The notes under the pieces are model-generated. The model was not told the DNA's origin. It made no database searches and saw only the letters and a list, made by a program, of their open reading frames with translations. A program made the position numbers and the translations under genes. Below, in pieces: positions 8,923 to 19,261 of a stretch of 64,000 bases of DNA (position 1 is its first letter; the number at the start of each line of letters is the position of its first letter). This DNA is from Capsulimonadaceae bacterium (GTDB taxonomy: Bacteria; Armatimonadota; Armatimonadia; Armatimonadales; Capsulimonadaceae). The DNA lies in the NCBI GenBank assembly GCA_965215505.1, contig OZ244065.1:288001-352000 (forward strand), read 5' to 3'.

Positions 8923-11049
8923 CTATTCCTCCAGCCACAGGATCGCCGTCACCCCGCGCGGGTAGTACCGGCTGCCGAGGACCTTGCCCGCGACCATCTG
9001 GTCGCTCCAAGCCCAGTAGGCGTTGTCCGGGTCGGTCAGCCAGGCGGCGTGGGCGGCGTCGGCGCGCGCCGTGACGGCATCCCCGCCGAAGCCCAGGAGG
9101 CGGCGGGCGATGAACTGGCAGAGGTAGACCTTGGAAAGCCAGGAGTTCCGGCTGGTCGAGCTGAGACGCCAGCCGCCGTCGTCGAACAGGCAGACACCCG
9201 GCACCAGCACCGTTTCTAGGTGCCGGCGCAAGGCCCCCAGGTAAGCGCCGAAGCGCCCGTCCGGGTCCAAAGCCTCGCGGCAGCCGGTGAGATAGGGGTA
9301 GATCAGCCCCTCGATGGCCGGGATGATGCGCGAGTCGCTCCCGCCGCCCAGCACGGCGGGGATGAAGCCGTCCGCCGTCATGTGACCGGTCACGGTGGCG
9401 GCGCAGCGCTGCGCCTGCTCGCCGGCCTGACGCGCCGCCTCCTCCCGCCCCAAGCCCCGGAACAGTTTTTCCAAGGCGACATAGCAGGCCCAGGTCTTCC
9501 CCGCCAGGTAGATGTTGCCGCGCGCCTGGCCGAGCGAGACGTCCAGGCTGTCATAGGTGGTGATCTCCGCCCCGCCCGCCGTGCGCGCGCTGTCCAGGGA
9601 CATGACCCCGTCGCGCTGTTCAGGGTCCGGATGGTCGCGGTTGACCAGGCTCTGGAGGCACGCCTCGAAGGTGTTCAGGTTCTCCCCCAGCCAGCCGGAG
9701 TCGCCGGTCTGAGTCACATAAACGGTGGCGCAGCAGAGCCAGTTGACGATCTGCTCGTGGGTCATGTACGAGAAGCAGCCGGTCAGGCCGGTCTGCTCGT
9801 AGCAGGAGTAGCCCGCCCGCGAGAAGACGCTGCCGATGCCCATGTCGTGCGTGAAGCCGATCCCGCCGGGGTACTCGGTCGGGTCGCCCGGCAGGCGGGC
9901 GGCGTCCTGGTAGCTGTAGCGCGCGACGAACAGGTCAAGCTCATTGCGGACCGCCCAGGGGTTCATCCGCATTTCAAAGAAGAGTTGGTCCACGGTCAGG
10001 TCGAACGTGTTCATCATCCGGTACTCGCCTTCGTTGACCAGCCAGACCGGACGGCCCTCGCGGGCGAGGAACTGCGTGCTGCCGTAGTAGGAGCGGATGG
10101 CGTGGGCGAGCATGAACTTCTGGTCGTCCGACAGCCTGCTCTCCTCCACCAGTGCGTCGCCGTCTCGGGCCGCCTGAACGAGCGCGTCAAAGTGGGCTAG
10201 GGCGTAGCGGGCGACGGCTTCGATGTCCGGGAAGAAGCGCGTATAGTAGTAGGTCGTGTCCCAGCCCGCCGTGGCGGTGCCGCCCCGGTGGAAGCAGACC
10301 GCGAAGCGGAAGGTCCTGGTCTGGCCGGCGGGGACGTCCATCAGCAGCGCGCCGCAGCCGCCCAGCCCGAACGCCATGTTCGCGGGGGCCGTCTCGGTCA
10401 GCAGTGTGCCGACGGCGAAGGCCTGCCCGGAGCGGACGCCGGGGTCGTCGGTGACGATGGCGGTGCCCAGCCCCTGCCCGACGCCGGCGAAGCCGGGCAT
10501 CGTGTCGTCCAGGCAGCGCATGGCGGAGTAGGGGTCGCTGCCGCCGTAGCCGAAGTAGGCCCGGCGCGGGCGCGTCCCCCGCGTGTTGTCCACGGTGATC
10601 TCGGCCAGGACGGCGGGCAGGACGGCGGCCATCAGGTCCGCGTCATCCCCCGCGTCCGGGTCGGGCACCGGGCGCACCGGCGAGTAGAGGGTGAACGTCA
10701 GGTCCCCCGCCGTCCAGGCGTCCGTGGCGGCCCGGAAGTCCCGGCGGATGGCGTCCGTCCCGAAGGCGGTGATCGGGACGCCCTGCCAGTCTGGCAGGGC
10801 CTGATTCGCCTGTTCCACCTCATAGCGGCGGCGCTCCTCGTCCGCCGCGTCGTCGGCCTGGAAGAACGGCAGGGCCTCATACGAGCCGCCCGCCCGCGTC
10901 TCCAGCCCGATGTAGACGCTCTGGTCGGCAGGCTTCCCCAACTCCAGGCCCAGGCCGCCTTTCGCCCCCGGCATGCCCAGCGTGAACGAGGCGAAGGCCC
11001 CGATGGGCGAGTGGTGCGCGTTGAAAAACGGGGTGTTCAAATCTCTCAT
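8923..11049 (-). CDS. GH52 beta-xylosidase
   Basis: N-terminus 'FFNAHHSPIGAFASFTLG', 'VNEGEYRMMNTFDLTVD', 'EITTYDSLD', C-terminus 'GSRYYPRGVT'; ATGA overlap with the upstream stop. Confidence 0.92.
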   Translation of the reverse strand: MRDLNTPFFNAHHSPIGAFASFTLGMPGAKGGLGLELGKPADQSVYIGLETRAGGSYEALPFFQADDAADEERRRYEVEQANQALPDWQGVPITAFGTDAIRRDFRAATDAWTAGDLTFTLYSPVRPVPDPDAGDDADLMAAVLPAVLAEITVDNTRGTRPRRAYFGYGGSDPYSAMRCLDDTMPGFAGVGQGLGTAIVTDDPGVRSGQAFAVGTLLTETAPANMAFGLGGCGALLMDVPAGQTRTFRFAVCFHRGGTATAGWDTTYYYTRFFPDIEAVARYALAHFDALVQAARDGDALVEESRLSDDQKFMLAHAIRSYYGSTQFLAREGRPVWLVNEGEYRMMNTFDLTVDQLFFEMRMNPWAVRNELDLFVARYSYQDAARLPGDPTEYPGGIGFTHDMGIGSVFSRAGYSCYEQTGLTGCFSYMTHEQIVNWLCCATVYVTQTGDSGWLGENLNTFEACLQSLVNRDHPDPEQRDGVMSLDSARTAGGAEITTYDSLDVSLGQARGNIYLAGKTWACYVALEKLFRGLGREEAARQAGEQAQRCAATVTGHMTADGFIPAVLGGGSDSRIIPAIEGLIYPYLTGCREALDPDGRFGAYLGALRRHLETVLVPGVCLFDDGGWRLSSTSRNSWLSKVYLCQFIARRLLGFGGDAVTARADAAHAAWLTDPDNAYWAWSDQMVAGKVLGSRYYPRGVTAILWLEE

Positions 11050-12665
11050 AACCTTTCGCTGACCCGGAAGTAGTCGAAGTCCACGGAGCCGCCCGCGGCC
11101 TTGGTCGCGTAGTGGAACAGCGCGAAACGGTAGCCCATGAAATGCGGGAGGGTGTAGACCATCTGGAGGGGCTGCCCGATCGGTGTCCACGTCTTCCCAC
11201 CGAGGCTATAGGAAAAATAGGCTTTGTCCGCCCGGCCCTTGTAGTCGCAGGCCAGCTTCAGGAACACGGTCTTTTGGGTGAGCGGGATGCTCTGCACCTC
11301 TTGCGGCGAGCCGGACCCGGCGCTGACCATGACGATAGAGGTGGCGTCGCCGACTCGCTTGACCCCGACGAACCCGTACTTCTTTTGCAGCGCGGCGAGG
11401 CCCGCGAAGTCGCCGTCTTTCAGGCCGCTCACGTCCACGGCGACCGTGCCCGAACACTCCGGTCCGAAGGTCCGCTGGGTCAAAGTGTTACGGGCCGACA
11501 GGAAATCGGCATCAACCCTGCCCGCCGTGAGCCGCAGGAAGCCGGGACGCTCGGTGAGGGACCAGTACCGGTCGTCCGGGTTATGGTTCCACTGCCAGGC
11601 CAGCGGCAGGGCGGGCTGACCGTGACCCCGGCTGAACTCGTCGGAGGCCACGATCCCAGCCGCGCCGCCGGCCCCCATCGTGCCGGCCGGGAGGGTCAAG
11701 GCCTTCGGCAATTTGCCTGCGACACCCATCACGGGCCAGCCGTCCTCCCATTTCACCGGCACGAGGAACGGGGTACGGCCAACCGCGCCGTGATCCTGGA
11801 AGAGCAAGGCATACCAATCCCCTTGCGGCGTATCGATGAGGCCGCCCTGCGCCACGCCCGCGTCCTGCAAAGCGACCCGGCCCTCATACGGGCCGGTGAG
11901 CCTGTCCGAGCGGAAGATGAGCTGCGTCCGCATGCCGCCGCGCGGCCAGGTGATGTTGGACAGGTAGTATCTCCCGCTGATCTTGCGGATCTGGGAGCCT
12001 TCCGCCGGCAGGCCGGCGTTGGGGCCGGCCACGAGTGTGGCGTTCGGGACGATGACCTGGTCCACCCCGCCCGGCTTGATGCCCGAGGCGTCTGCGGTCA
12101 GCTCGGTCAGGCGGATGTCCCCGCCGCCATGGACCATGTAGACGCGCCCATCGTCATCAAAGAACAGCGAGTGGTCGTGCAGGGCGGGGCTGAACGAGGA
12201 GGCCGTCCACGGCCCTTTCTCGATGTCCCTGGTCCGGTAGACGTGCGTTCTCCCCGTCGTGGCGGAGAACGTCGTGACGTAGAACGTGCCGTCATGGTAG
12301 CGCAGGCTGCTGGCCCACGACCCCTGGCCGTAGGCGTTCCTGCCGTTCTGGAGCGTCAGCGCGTCATTGTCGGCGAGGGTGTCGTAGGCATAGCCGACGA
12401 GCCGCCAGTTTACCAGGTCCGTGGACTTCATGAGGGGAAGTCCGGGGCTGAGGTGCATCGTCGTGCTGCTCATGTAGTACGTCTTCCCCACGCGGATGAT
12501 CGCGAGGTCCGGCACGTCCGCCCAGATGATGGGGTTCTGAGCCTCTTTGGCCTGGGCCTCTTGGGCGTGGGCAGCCGGGCCGGAGAAAAGGCTTATGACG
12601 GAAAACGCCGCCAGGGTCAAGGCCGCAATGGAGAGTGCCGCCGGGCACAAAAGCGACTTTTTCAC
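11046..12665 (-). CDS. GH43 beta-xylosidase/arabinofuranosidase, secreted
   Basis: Signal peptide; 'NPIIWADVPDLAIIR', 'WASSLRYH', 'EGSQ'; C-terminal ConA-like domain; GTG start inferred from GAGGG RBS. Confidence 0.88.
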   Translation of the reverse strand: MKKSLLCPAALSIAALTLAAFSVISLFSGPAAHAQEAQAKEAQNPIIWADVPDLAIIRVGKTYYMSSTTMHLSPGLPLMKSTDLVNWRLVGYAYDTLADNDALTLQNGRNAYGQGSWASSLRYHDGTFYVTTFSATTGRTHVYRTRDIEKGPWTASSFSPALHDHSLFFDDDGRVYMVHGGGDIRLTELTADASGIKPGGVDQVIVPNATLVAGPNAGLPAEGSQIRKISGRYYLSNITWPRGGMRTQLIFRSDRLTGPYEGRVALQDAGVAQGGLIDTPQGDWYALLFQDHGAVGRTPFLVPVKWEDGWPVMGVAGKLPKALTLPAGTMGAGGAAGIVASDEFSRGHGQPALPLAWQWNHNPDDRYWSLTERPGFLRLTAGRVDADFLSARNTLTQRTFGPECSGTVAVDVSGLKDGDFAGLAALQKKYGFVGVKRVGDATSIVMVSAGSGSPQEVQSIPLTQKTVFLKLACDYKGRADKAYFSYSLGGKTWTPIGQPLQMVYTLPHFMGYRFALFHYATKAAGGSVDFDYFRVSERL

Positions 12666-12711
12666 GGAAAGGTCCCTCTCATTCGAGAACTCATTCGCAA
12701 AGCTGCGATGT

Positions 12712-15084
12712 TCATGGGTGCGCCGCGTCAAAAAGACCGATCTCACTGAACTGCACCGCGTCGGGATGCTCGCCGCGCGTCTTCGTCACCAGGATGCGGT
12801 AGGACTTGTAGGCCGTGCCGTTGGGGAACGAAACCTGTTCCCCCCAGGCATTGCGGCCTGGGTCCCGTTCCAGCCCGCACGGGCCTTCATAGAGCAGATG
12901 AAAACCGGATGCGCCTGCTGCGGCGGCATCGGGGGCGTTGGACCCCTCGATGGTGAGCGCCAGCGGGTCCCTGGATTCCAGGTCGTTTGCGGTGGCGATG
13001 CGGAACGCCCTAATGACCGCCCGGCCGGAGCGGGGCGTGACCACGAAGCCTGCGCCGACCGGCGAGGCGCTGTTGAAGTGTTTCGTGTACAGGTCCCCGT
13101 CTATGAGGTTGCCGACGACCTGCTCGTTGGCCGGCAGCCCGCCGAACTCCCCCGCCACGGCCAACACATTCGGCCCGCCTCCCGTCGTCCGCTTGAGCGC
13201 GACGATCCGGTCTTGCGGGCTGAGGATGCCGGCATCCCTCCGCGCCGCCTCCGCCGCGCCCTGCACGGGTGCCGCGCAGGCTATTCTGAACACTGCCGCC
13301 GTCTTCAGCGGCATCGCCGCAGGGCAGACGACATGCAGCCCGTCGGGCTGCTGCTGCCAGCGCAAAGCGCCGGGGCTGCCGAGCAGGGCCACGGACCGGA
13401 TCGGCGCGTTGAGCAGCCCGGCCTGCGTACCGAGGGACGTGATTCTGAGCGCCGCTCCCGGCTCGGGCACGGTCAGGCAGAAGGCATAGAGCGCCCCGTC
13501 TTTGCCGACACTGAACCGGAAGTCCTGCGGACCGAACTTGAACTCGGCGTGTTCGCGGCCCAGCTTGCCGCCGGGCAGCATCCTCAGCCGGCCGCCGTTT
13601 TTCTCGCCCTCACCGGGGATGATCCAGGCGCGGCTCCCGTAGATGCCCGACCCGTTGACTCGCATCCACTCGCCGACTTCCTGAAGTAACCGCATGCTGC
13701 CGCCGTCGAGCGACCCGTCTGGCCGGAGCGAGACGCAGACCGCCGCGTTGCCGTCGCGGGCGACCGCTTCGATCAGGTAGCGCAGCATCATGCCCGATTC
13801 GTAAACGAAGCCGGGGCTGTAGTACCAGTCGCCGACGGGCGCTTCGGCGATCCAGGGCTGGTCGATCTTGATCGGCGGCTCGATGCCGAACTCCTGCGTG
13901 TTCACCGTGCCGTTCGTCCTCGGCCGGAACTTGATGATGCTGAAGGTGTCCACCTTGCCGCGCCGCGTGAGGCTCCGGTTGTAGTAGTAGGCGAGGACGC
14001 GCTGGATGGCGTCGCTCTTGTAGCCCGAACCGGACCCCGCCCCGCTGAACGGCTGCGTGCTGGTGCCGTCGGTGTAGATAAAATCCGGGTCGTAGTGTTC
14101 GATCACGTCCATGATACGCAGGGCGAACCGCGTGGAATACCAGCGCGCGTAGGCCAGGTGGTCGGTGAAGATGCCCTGACGCGGCGTACCCCACGGGTCG
14201 TCGGCCGCCTGAGAGACGCCCTCGTATTCGCGCAGATCAATGCCGTAGAGCAGGCGCGGGTCCAGTCCCTCCCACCACCGGCCCTTGCCCTCGGCGGGCG
14301 TGAGATGCCCGTCATAGGGGACGCCCGCTTTCGGCCCCTGCCTGTCCGCGCCGAAGGCGGTCTGCCACCAGTACCAGGTGTATTCGTCGTGGAAGCTGAC
14401 GCCGTACCGAAGGCCCGCCGCGTGCGCCGCCTTCGACCACTCGCCGAGCAGGTCGCGCTTCGGCCCGACCCGCGTGGAGTTCCAGGGCTGATAGCGCGAG
14501 TCCCAGAGGTCGTAATTGTCGCAGTGGACGCCCTGCACGATCAGGAACCGCGCGCCGGCCTGCTTGTAGATGCCGACCAGCTTCGCGGGATCGAGATTCG
14601 TCGGGTTCCAGGCTCTCAGCACGTCCTTGTAGCCGGAAACCGAAGGGTGGCCGAACTTCCGGAGGTGGTTTTCGTAGGCGGTGTATCCCTGCTTGTAGAG
14701 GTTACGCGCGTACCAGTCGCCGCTCTCGCCGGAGGCCTGCGGACCGAAGTGGACCCAGATGCCGAACTTCGCCTCCCGCAGCCAGCCCGGCGTGCCGGGG
14801 TAGTTCTTTTCGATGGACGCCCAGGTCGGCTGGAAAGGCCCCGCCCCGACGGGCAGCCCGAGCTTCACCTCGGGGAACCTGTTAGGGTCGCCCATCGGCA
14901 CGCTGTTGATCTGCCTGGGGGTCGGGACCGCCGGCATCGGCGCGGGCGGCGGGAGCGGGTCGCCGAGAGTCGTGCCCGCCGCCGCAGCCAGGCCGGCTGC
15001 GGCAAGCGCGAGAAACAGGCCGGCCCTCCCCAGCGTGTTGAGATCGAACATCATTTTGTTGTTCCAGGGCGCTCCGGGTCTCAT
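12712..15084 (-). CDS. GH29 alpha-L-fucosidase with C-terminal discoidin-like module
   Basis: 'WLREAKFGIWVHFGPQ', 'HCDNYDLWDS', 'DFIYTDG', 'GEWMRVNGSGIYGSRAW'. Confidence 0.85.
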   Translation of the reverse strand: MRPGAPWNNKMMFDLNTLGRAGLFLALAAAGLAAAAGTTLGDPLPPPAPMPAVPTPRQINSVPMGDPNRFPEVKLGLPVGAGPFQPTWASIEKNYPGTPGWLREAKFGIWVHFGPQASGESGDWYARNLYKQGYTAYENHLRKFGHPSVSGYKDVLRAWNPTNLDPAKLVGIYKQAGARFLIVQGVHCDNYDLWDSRYQPWNSTRVGPKRDLLGEWSKAAHAAGLRYGVSFHDEYTWYWWQTAFGADRQGPKAGVPYDGHLTPAEGKGRWWEGLDPRLLYGIDLREYEGVSQAADDPWGTPRQGIFTDHLAYARWYSTRFALRIMDVIEHYDPDFIYTDGTSTQPFSGAGSGSGYKSDAIQRVLAYYYNRSLTRRGKVDTFSIIKFRPRTNGTVNTQEFGIEPPIKIDQPWIAEAPVGDWYYSPGFVYESGMMLRYLIEAVARDGNAAVCVSLRPDGSLDGGSMRLLQEVGEWMRVNGSGIYGSRAWIIPGEGEKNGGRLRMLPGGKLGREHAEFKFGPQDFRFSVGKDGALYAFCLTVPEPGAALRITSLGTQAGLLNAPIRSVALLGSPGALRWQQQPDGLHVVCPAAMPLKTAAVFRIACAAPVQGAAEAARRDAGILSPQDRIVALKRTTGGGPNVLAVAGEFGGLPANEQVVGNLIDGDLYTKHFNSASPVGAGFVVTPRSGRAVIRAFRIATANDLESRDPLALTIEGSNAPDAAAAGASGFHLLYEGPCGLERDPGRNAWGEQVSFPNGTAYKSYRILVTKTRGEHPDAVQFSEIGLFDAAHP

Positions 15085-17051
15085 CCCGCCGTCAGGACGA
15101 GGACGGTGACGGAGTAGGCCGGGAGCGTGTGGCGAAAGTCCGGACTCAGGCCATGTATCCGCTGCATCTGCGGCACGATGTGGCTTGGGTCCGTGATGGT
15201 GTTCGTGTCCTGCGGGCCTGACCCACTCAGCACATAGGTCGTCCCCCGGTCCGCGACCGACTTGACCCCCGACAGGGTCACCCGGACGGCCTGCGGGGCA
15301 GGGGACGTGTTGACCAGCTTTACATACACCATGCCAGCGTGCGCGTCCCGCGTGACGCTCTCATACAGTCCCGTCCCGCCCGTCAGCGTCGCCGGCAGCA
15401 CCACGTCGCCGTGGAACCGGCTGAACATCACCTGCGCCCAATAGGAGGGCGAGCCATAGCTGCGGAGCGCGTCATAGCCGATCAGGTTGACGGCCCACTG
15501 ACGGCCGCCGGGGTTGACGTTCACGAGCAGGGGCGCATACGATTCCAGCACGACGATGTCGGAGTTGCGCTCCATCCCCGTCATCCAGGCCGCGTCCCCG
15601 AGCGCGGAGTTGAGCGTCGGCGTCGGCCCCTTCGTCTCGGGCCGCACCCAGGGGCGTTCCACGTCCTGGGAGGCCCACTCGCCCACGAAGATCTTCGGCC
15701 CCGAGCGCGGGTAGGAGTCGTAGTGGTGCGCGTCGCCCGCCATGGTCTGCGCGGAACGGTAGAAGTGTTCGTCGAGGAGGTCGGGCGTGCGGCTCTGGAC
15801 GGGCATCGTGGCGATGCACTGGAGCCGTGGGTGTTTCGCCTTGATGGCATCCAGGAACTGGGCGAACCGTCCGTCGTAGCTGTGCGAGCGGTCGAAGTTG
15901 TCTTCGTTGCCGATCTCCACATAGCGCAGCGGGAACGGCCTGGGATGTCCGTCCGCAGCGCGCCGCCGGCCCCAGGTCGTTTCCGGCCCGCCCGTGACGT
16001 ACTCGATCTCGTCCAGGGCGTCCTGCACATAGGGTGCGAGCGCCGGGCCGGGGTCGATGTGCTGGCCGCGCAGGGAGTACCCGGCGTAGACGGCGAGGAC
16101 CGGCTCCATTTTCAGGTCCTCGCACCAGGTCAGGAACTCCAGAAGGCCCGTCCCGTCCGACGACCGGTAGCCCCACGGCCCCCGGTGGCCGGGGCGCTCG
16201 GTCAGCGGCCCCAGCGTCTTCTTCCAGTCGAACCGCTCCTCAATGGTGTTGCCTTCCAGGTAGTTGCCCCCCGGCAGGCGCAGGAACGCGGGCTTCATGG
16301 CCGCCAGGGTCTCCATCAGGTCAACACGGTTCCCGTTCGGGCGGCCGTTATAGGTGGGCGGGAAAAGGGACACGAGGTTGAGCCAGACCGTACCCGGCCT
16401 CGACGCCGTGATGACGAGCCGGCCGAGCGCCGGGGCCGCCCGCCCGGTGCGGAGCATGACCTTCTGCTGTTTCCAGCCCGCCCCCGGTGCGGGGGCCGAT
16501 GCCTTCGCGTAGATGGTCGTCCCGTCGGCGCTCTCCAGGGAGACGGTCAGCGGCCCCGTCTTGCCGTCGCCGCGCGCGTAGAATGACGCCTGGTAGGGGG
16601 TGTCGGGCCGGACGGGCACGCCCCAATAGCCCTCATTGGCGGCCCCGACGCGACGGCCGCGCGAGGCCGCCGTCACCGCGACCTTCAGGCTCACCGGCAG
16701 GGCCGCGCTCAGGGGCTGGTCGGTGTCCAGGGCCATCGTCCCGGCCCCGCCGCCGTCCTGCACCAGCGACCAGTGGGCGGGCGCGCTCGGGTCATCCTGG
16801 AAGGAGCGGTTGCGGACCAGCTCGGCGTACAGGCCGCCGTCGTAGGAGAAGTTGATCTCCTCGGTCATCAGCCCGTAGAGGGTCGGGCTGACCGCCGGGC
16901 CGGGCCTGCCGGCGTCAATGTCGAGCGTGGCCGGGCCGTCCGCCCGGACCGGCACCGTCAGGCCGCAGCAGGCGGCGGCGAACAGAGTCCACGCGGTGGC
17001 GACGGCCGCCATTTTTTGTCTCGACTGTCTCGACTTCTTTGGTTTCAGCAT
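15081..17051 (-). CDS. GH51 alpha-L-arabinofuranosidase, secreted
   Basis: 'LYGLMTEEINFSYDGGLYAEL', 'LRLPGGNYLEG', 'EIGNED', 'FVGEWA', 'MERNSDIV'. Confidence 0.92.
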   Translation of the reverse strand: MLKPKKSRQSRQKMAAVATAWTLFAAACCGLTVPVRADGPATLDIDAGRPGPAVSPTLYGLMTEEINFSYDGGLYAELVRNRSFQDDPSAPAHWSLVQDGGGAGTMALDTDQPLSAALPVSLKVAVTAASRGRRVGAANEGYWGVPVRPDTPYQASFYARGDGKTGPLTVSLESADGTTIYAKASAPAPGAGWKQQKVMLRTGRAAPALGRLVITASRPGTVWLNLVSLFPPTYNGRPNGNRVDLMETLAAMKPAFLRLPGGNYLEGNTIEERFDWKKTLGPLTERPGHRGPWGYRSSDGTGLLEFLTWCEDLKMEPVLAVYAGYSLRGQHIDPGPALAPYVQDALDEIEYVTGGPETTWGRRRAADGHPRPFPLRYVEIGNEDNFDRSHSYDGRFAQFLDAIKAKHPRLQCIATMPVQSRTPDLLDEHFYRSAQTMAGDAHHYDSYPRSGPKIFVGEWASQDVERPWVRPETKGPTPTLNSALGDAAWMTGMERNSDIVVLESYAPLLVNVNPGGRQWAVNLIGYDALRSYGSPSYWAQVMFSRFHGDVVLPATLTGGTGLYESVTRDAHAGMVYVKLVNTSPAPQAVRVTLSGVKSVADRGTTYVLSGSGPQDTNTITDPSHIVPQMQRIHGLSPDFRHTLPAYSVTVLVLTAG

Positions 17052-17065
17052 GGTCTTCCTTTAAG

Positions 17066-19216
17066 CTAATGAGGGGCGGCGGCCTTGTGCCCCAACAGGG
17101 AAAGCATCTTCTCCCCGTAGCGCGTTCCCAATGTTCGGTAACCGGCCGGGGTGAAGTGCAGGTGGTCGGGGCGGCCGGGACAGCCCGCCGAGGAGACCAC
17201 ATAGGAATTGGGGATCGTCTTCGGCAGGTCGTCAATAATGGCGTTCATGCTTGCACACGCGCCGCTCTGGTCCGCGCCGAGGAGTTCGCCCGCCAGCAGG
17301 GGCACTTGTTTGGGATCGAGGTCCAGGTCTTTGATCAGGTTGTCGTAGACGCCCTTCACCTTGTTCGGCCACTCCCTATCATTCGTGTTGGACTCGCCCT
17401 GGTGCAGCAGGATGCCTTTGATGACGCCGTCTTTCTGTGCCACCTTCGCCATGTCCACGAGGCGCTGATAGGGGTCACCGCCGTAGGCCGCGATGATGCC
17501 CTTCATCCACGGCGGGGCGGTTTCCGCGTAAGACGTGTAATGGTCCTTGTCGAACATCTCGATCTTGCAGCCGGCGACGGAGACATTGACCACGCCGACC
17601 TTGATGCCGGCCGGGAGGTGGGCGGCCAAGGTCCGGCCGAAGTAGTCGGACGGGCCGATGCCGTTGCCGGGCCGGGCCAGCGGGGGGACTGCCGTGTACC
17701 ATTGCCCCTGCTGTCGGTCCTGATCCGGGAAGTCTACGGCCGCCAGGACTCGGAAGCGCGCATCCACCGGCCCCTTGTCCTGGTCTTCAACGCCCGGAAA
17801 GCCCTCCATGTTCGACTGCCCGAAGGACAGGAAAACATAGAAGTTCTTGTCGGGAACGCTTTTCTCCTGTGCCGAGGCGTTCACGTCGCCTTTGGCGGCG
17901 CGGATCACCGCGCCGAAGGCGGGCTTCGGCTGGTCGCCCGCGTCAAACAGCAATGGCTTGCCGGCGGCACGCCAGGAGACGCCGTCGTTGATGCCCCAGA
18001 AGGTGACGACCTTTACCGACTTGTGCTTCAGGAACGCCCTGAAGAGAGCGGCGTATTGATCGGCGAGATGCTGGTCGGCATCACTCACGAGGCCGCCCTG
18101 AGTCGTGGCGGCATTGTTGGCGACGTCCGCGCCGGTATTCTGCTGGCCGGCCTGGGCACCGTTCACATCGAGTTCCGTGACGTGGATGGGCAGGCCCAGC
18201 GTTTCCAGGTCCGTCAGCTCCTGGTCCTCTTCCGCGAAGCTCGGCGAGGAGACGCTGACATGGGTCTGCGTGCCGATCGCCGAGATCGGGACCTTCTGCG
18301 CCTGGAGCTGCCTGACCAGGGTGATGAATTTTTGGCGCTTGGCCGGGTTTTCCAGGCTGTAATCGTTGAGGCGGAGGATCGCCTTGGGGTCTGCCTCGTG
18401 GGCGTACTCGAAGGCTTTGGCGATGAAGTCCGGCCCGATGATCTGCCGCCAGAGCGAGTTCCGCAGGATGTCCGGCCCGCCGTCGGAGACGCACTCATTC
18501 ACCACGTCCCAGACCTGGATTTTGCCCTTGTATCGGCCGACGACCGTTTGAATGTGGTCGTGCATCCGCTGGAGCAGCTCCTCGCGCGTTGCCCGCGGCC
18601 CGTTATAGCCGAACCCGCCGCCGAACCCGCGCCTCCTCGGCCCGCCGGGGGGGACGGGGCCGCCCGGATTGCCGCCGGGGCCGTTTGCCGGCGGGAACGG
18701 GATCGGTGGGACGGGGGACGGGGGGCTGGCCGCTCCGGCTGGAGGCGGCGGGGCAGGCGGAGTCGTTCCGGTGCCGGCCGCGCCGGGCGGTGGGACCGCC
18801 CCGGAGAATACCCAGTTAGGGGTCTGTCCATGCCAGACGAGCGTGTGGCCCACGATGACCATGTGGTTCTTCACGCCGAACTCCACATAGGCGTCGGCGG
18901 GGCCGAAGTTGTAGCCGTCCGCGCCTTCGCGCGGGTGGATTGACTCCCATTTCAAGTCATTCTCCGGGGAGACCTGGTTGAACTGTTCCTTCGTCAGCGC
19001 GATGTCTTTGCCGACCTGCCCCGCTGGTCGGTTACCGAACCCAGGCGCTCCGCCGGTGACGATGGAGCGGTTGATGGCAACGCCGACAGAGAAGTGGCCT
19101 TTGTAGGCGTCTTTGAGGGTGGGGGCTTTGTCGGTCTGCGCCGTCGCGCCCGTGGCAAGGAAGAGCGCCGCGAGTAGGCCGATGTGTAAGCCGAGGCTTG
19201 AGGGAGAAGTCTTCAT
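17066..19216 (-). CDS. GH10 endo-xylanase fused to CE6/SASA acetyl xylan esterase
   Basis: GH10 'PENDLKW', 'GHTLVWHGQTP', 'WDVVNE', 'VTELDV'; esterase 'GQSNMEG', 'HQGESN', 'DHLHF'. Confidence 0.9.
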   Translation of the reverse strand: MKTSPSSLGLHIGLLAALFLATGATAQTDKAPTLKDAYKGHFSVGVAINRSIVTGGAPGFGNRPAGQVGKDIALTKEQFNQVSPENDLKWESIHPREGADGYNFGPADAYVEFGVKNHMVIVGHTLVWHGQTPNWVFSGAVPPPGAAGTGTTPPAPPPPAGAASPPSPVPPIPFPPANGPGGNPGGPVPPGGPRRRGFGGGFGYNGPRATREELLQRMHDHIQTVVGRYKGKIQVWDVVNECVSDGGPDILRNSLWRQIIGPDFIAKAFEYAHEADPKAILRLNDYSLENPAKRQKFITLVRQLQAQKVPISAIGTQTHVSVSSPSFAEEDQELTDLETLGLPIHVTELDVNGAQAGQQNTGADVANNAATTQGGLVSDADQHLADQYAALFRAFLKHKSVKVVTFWGINDGVSWRAAGKPLLFDAGDQPKPAFGAVIRAAKGDVNASAQEKSVPDKNFYVFLSFGQSNMEGFPGVEDQDKGPVDARFRVLAAVDFPDQDRQQGQWYTAVPPLARPGNGIGPSDYFGRTLAAHLPAGIKVGVVNVSVAGCKIEMFDKDHYTSYAETAPPWMKGIIAAYGGDPYQRLVDMAKVAQKDGVIKGILLHQGESNTNDREWPNKVKGVYDNLIKDLDLDPKQVPLLAGELLGADQSGACASMNAIIDDLPKTIPNSYVVSSAGCPGRPDHLHFTPAGYRTLGTRYGEKMLSLLGHKAAAPH

Positions 19217-19261
19217 GAGCGTTTACGCTTGGAATACCTTTCTGTCATAGGGAGGTCGTAA

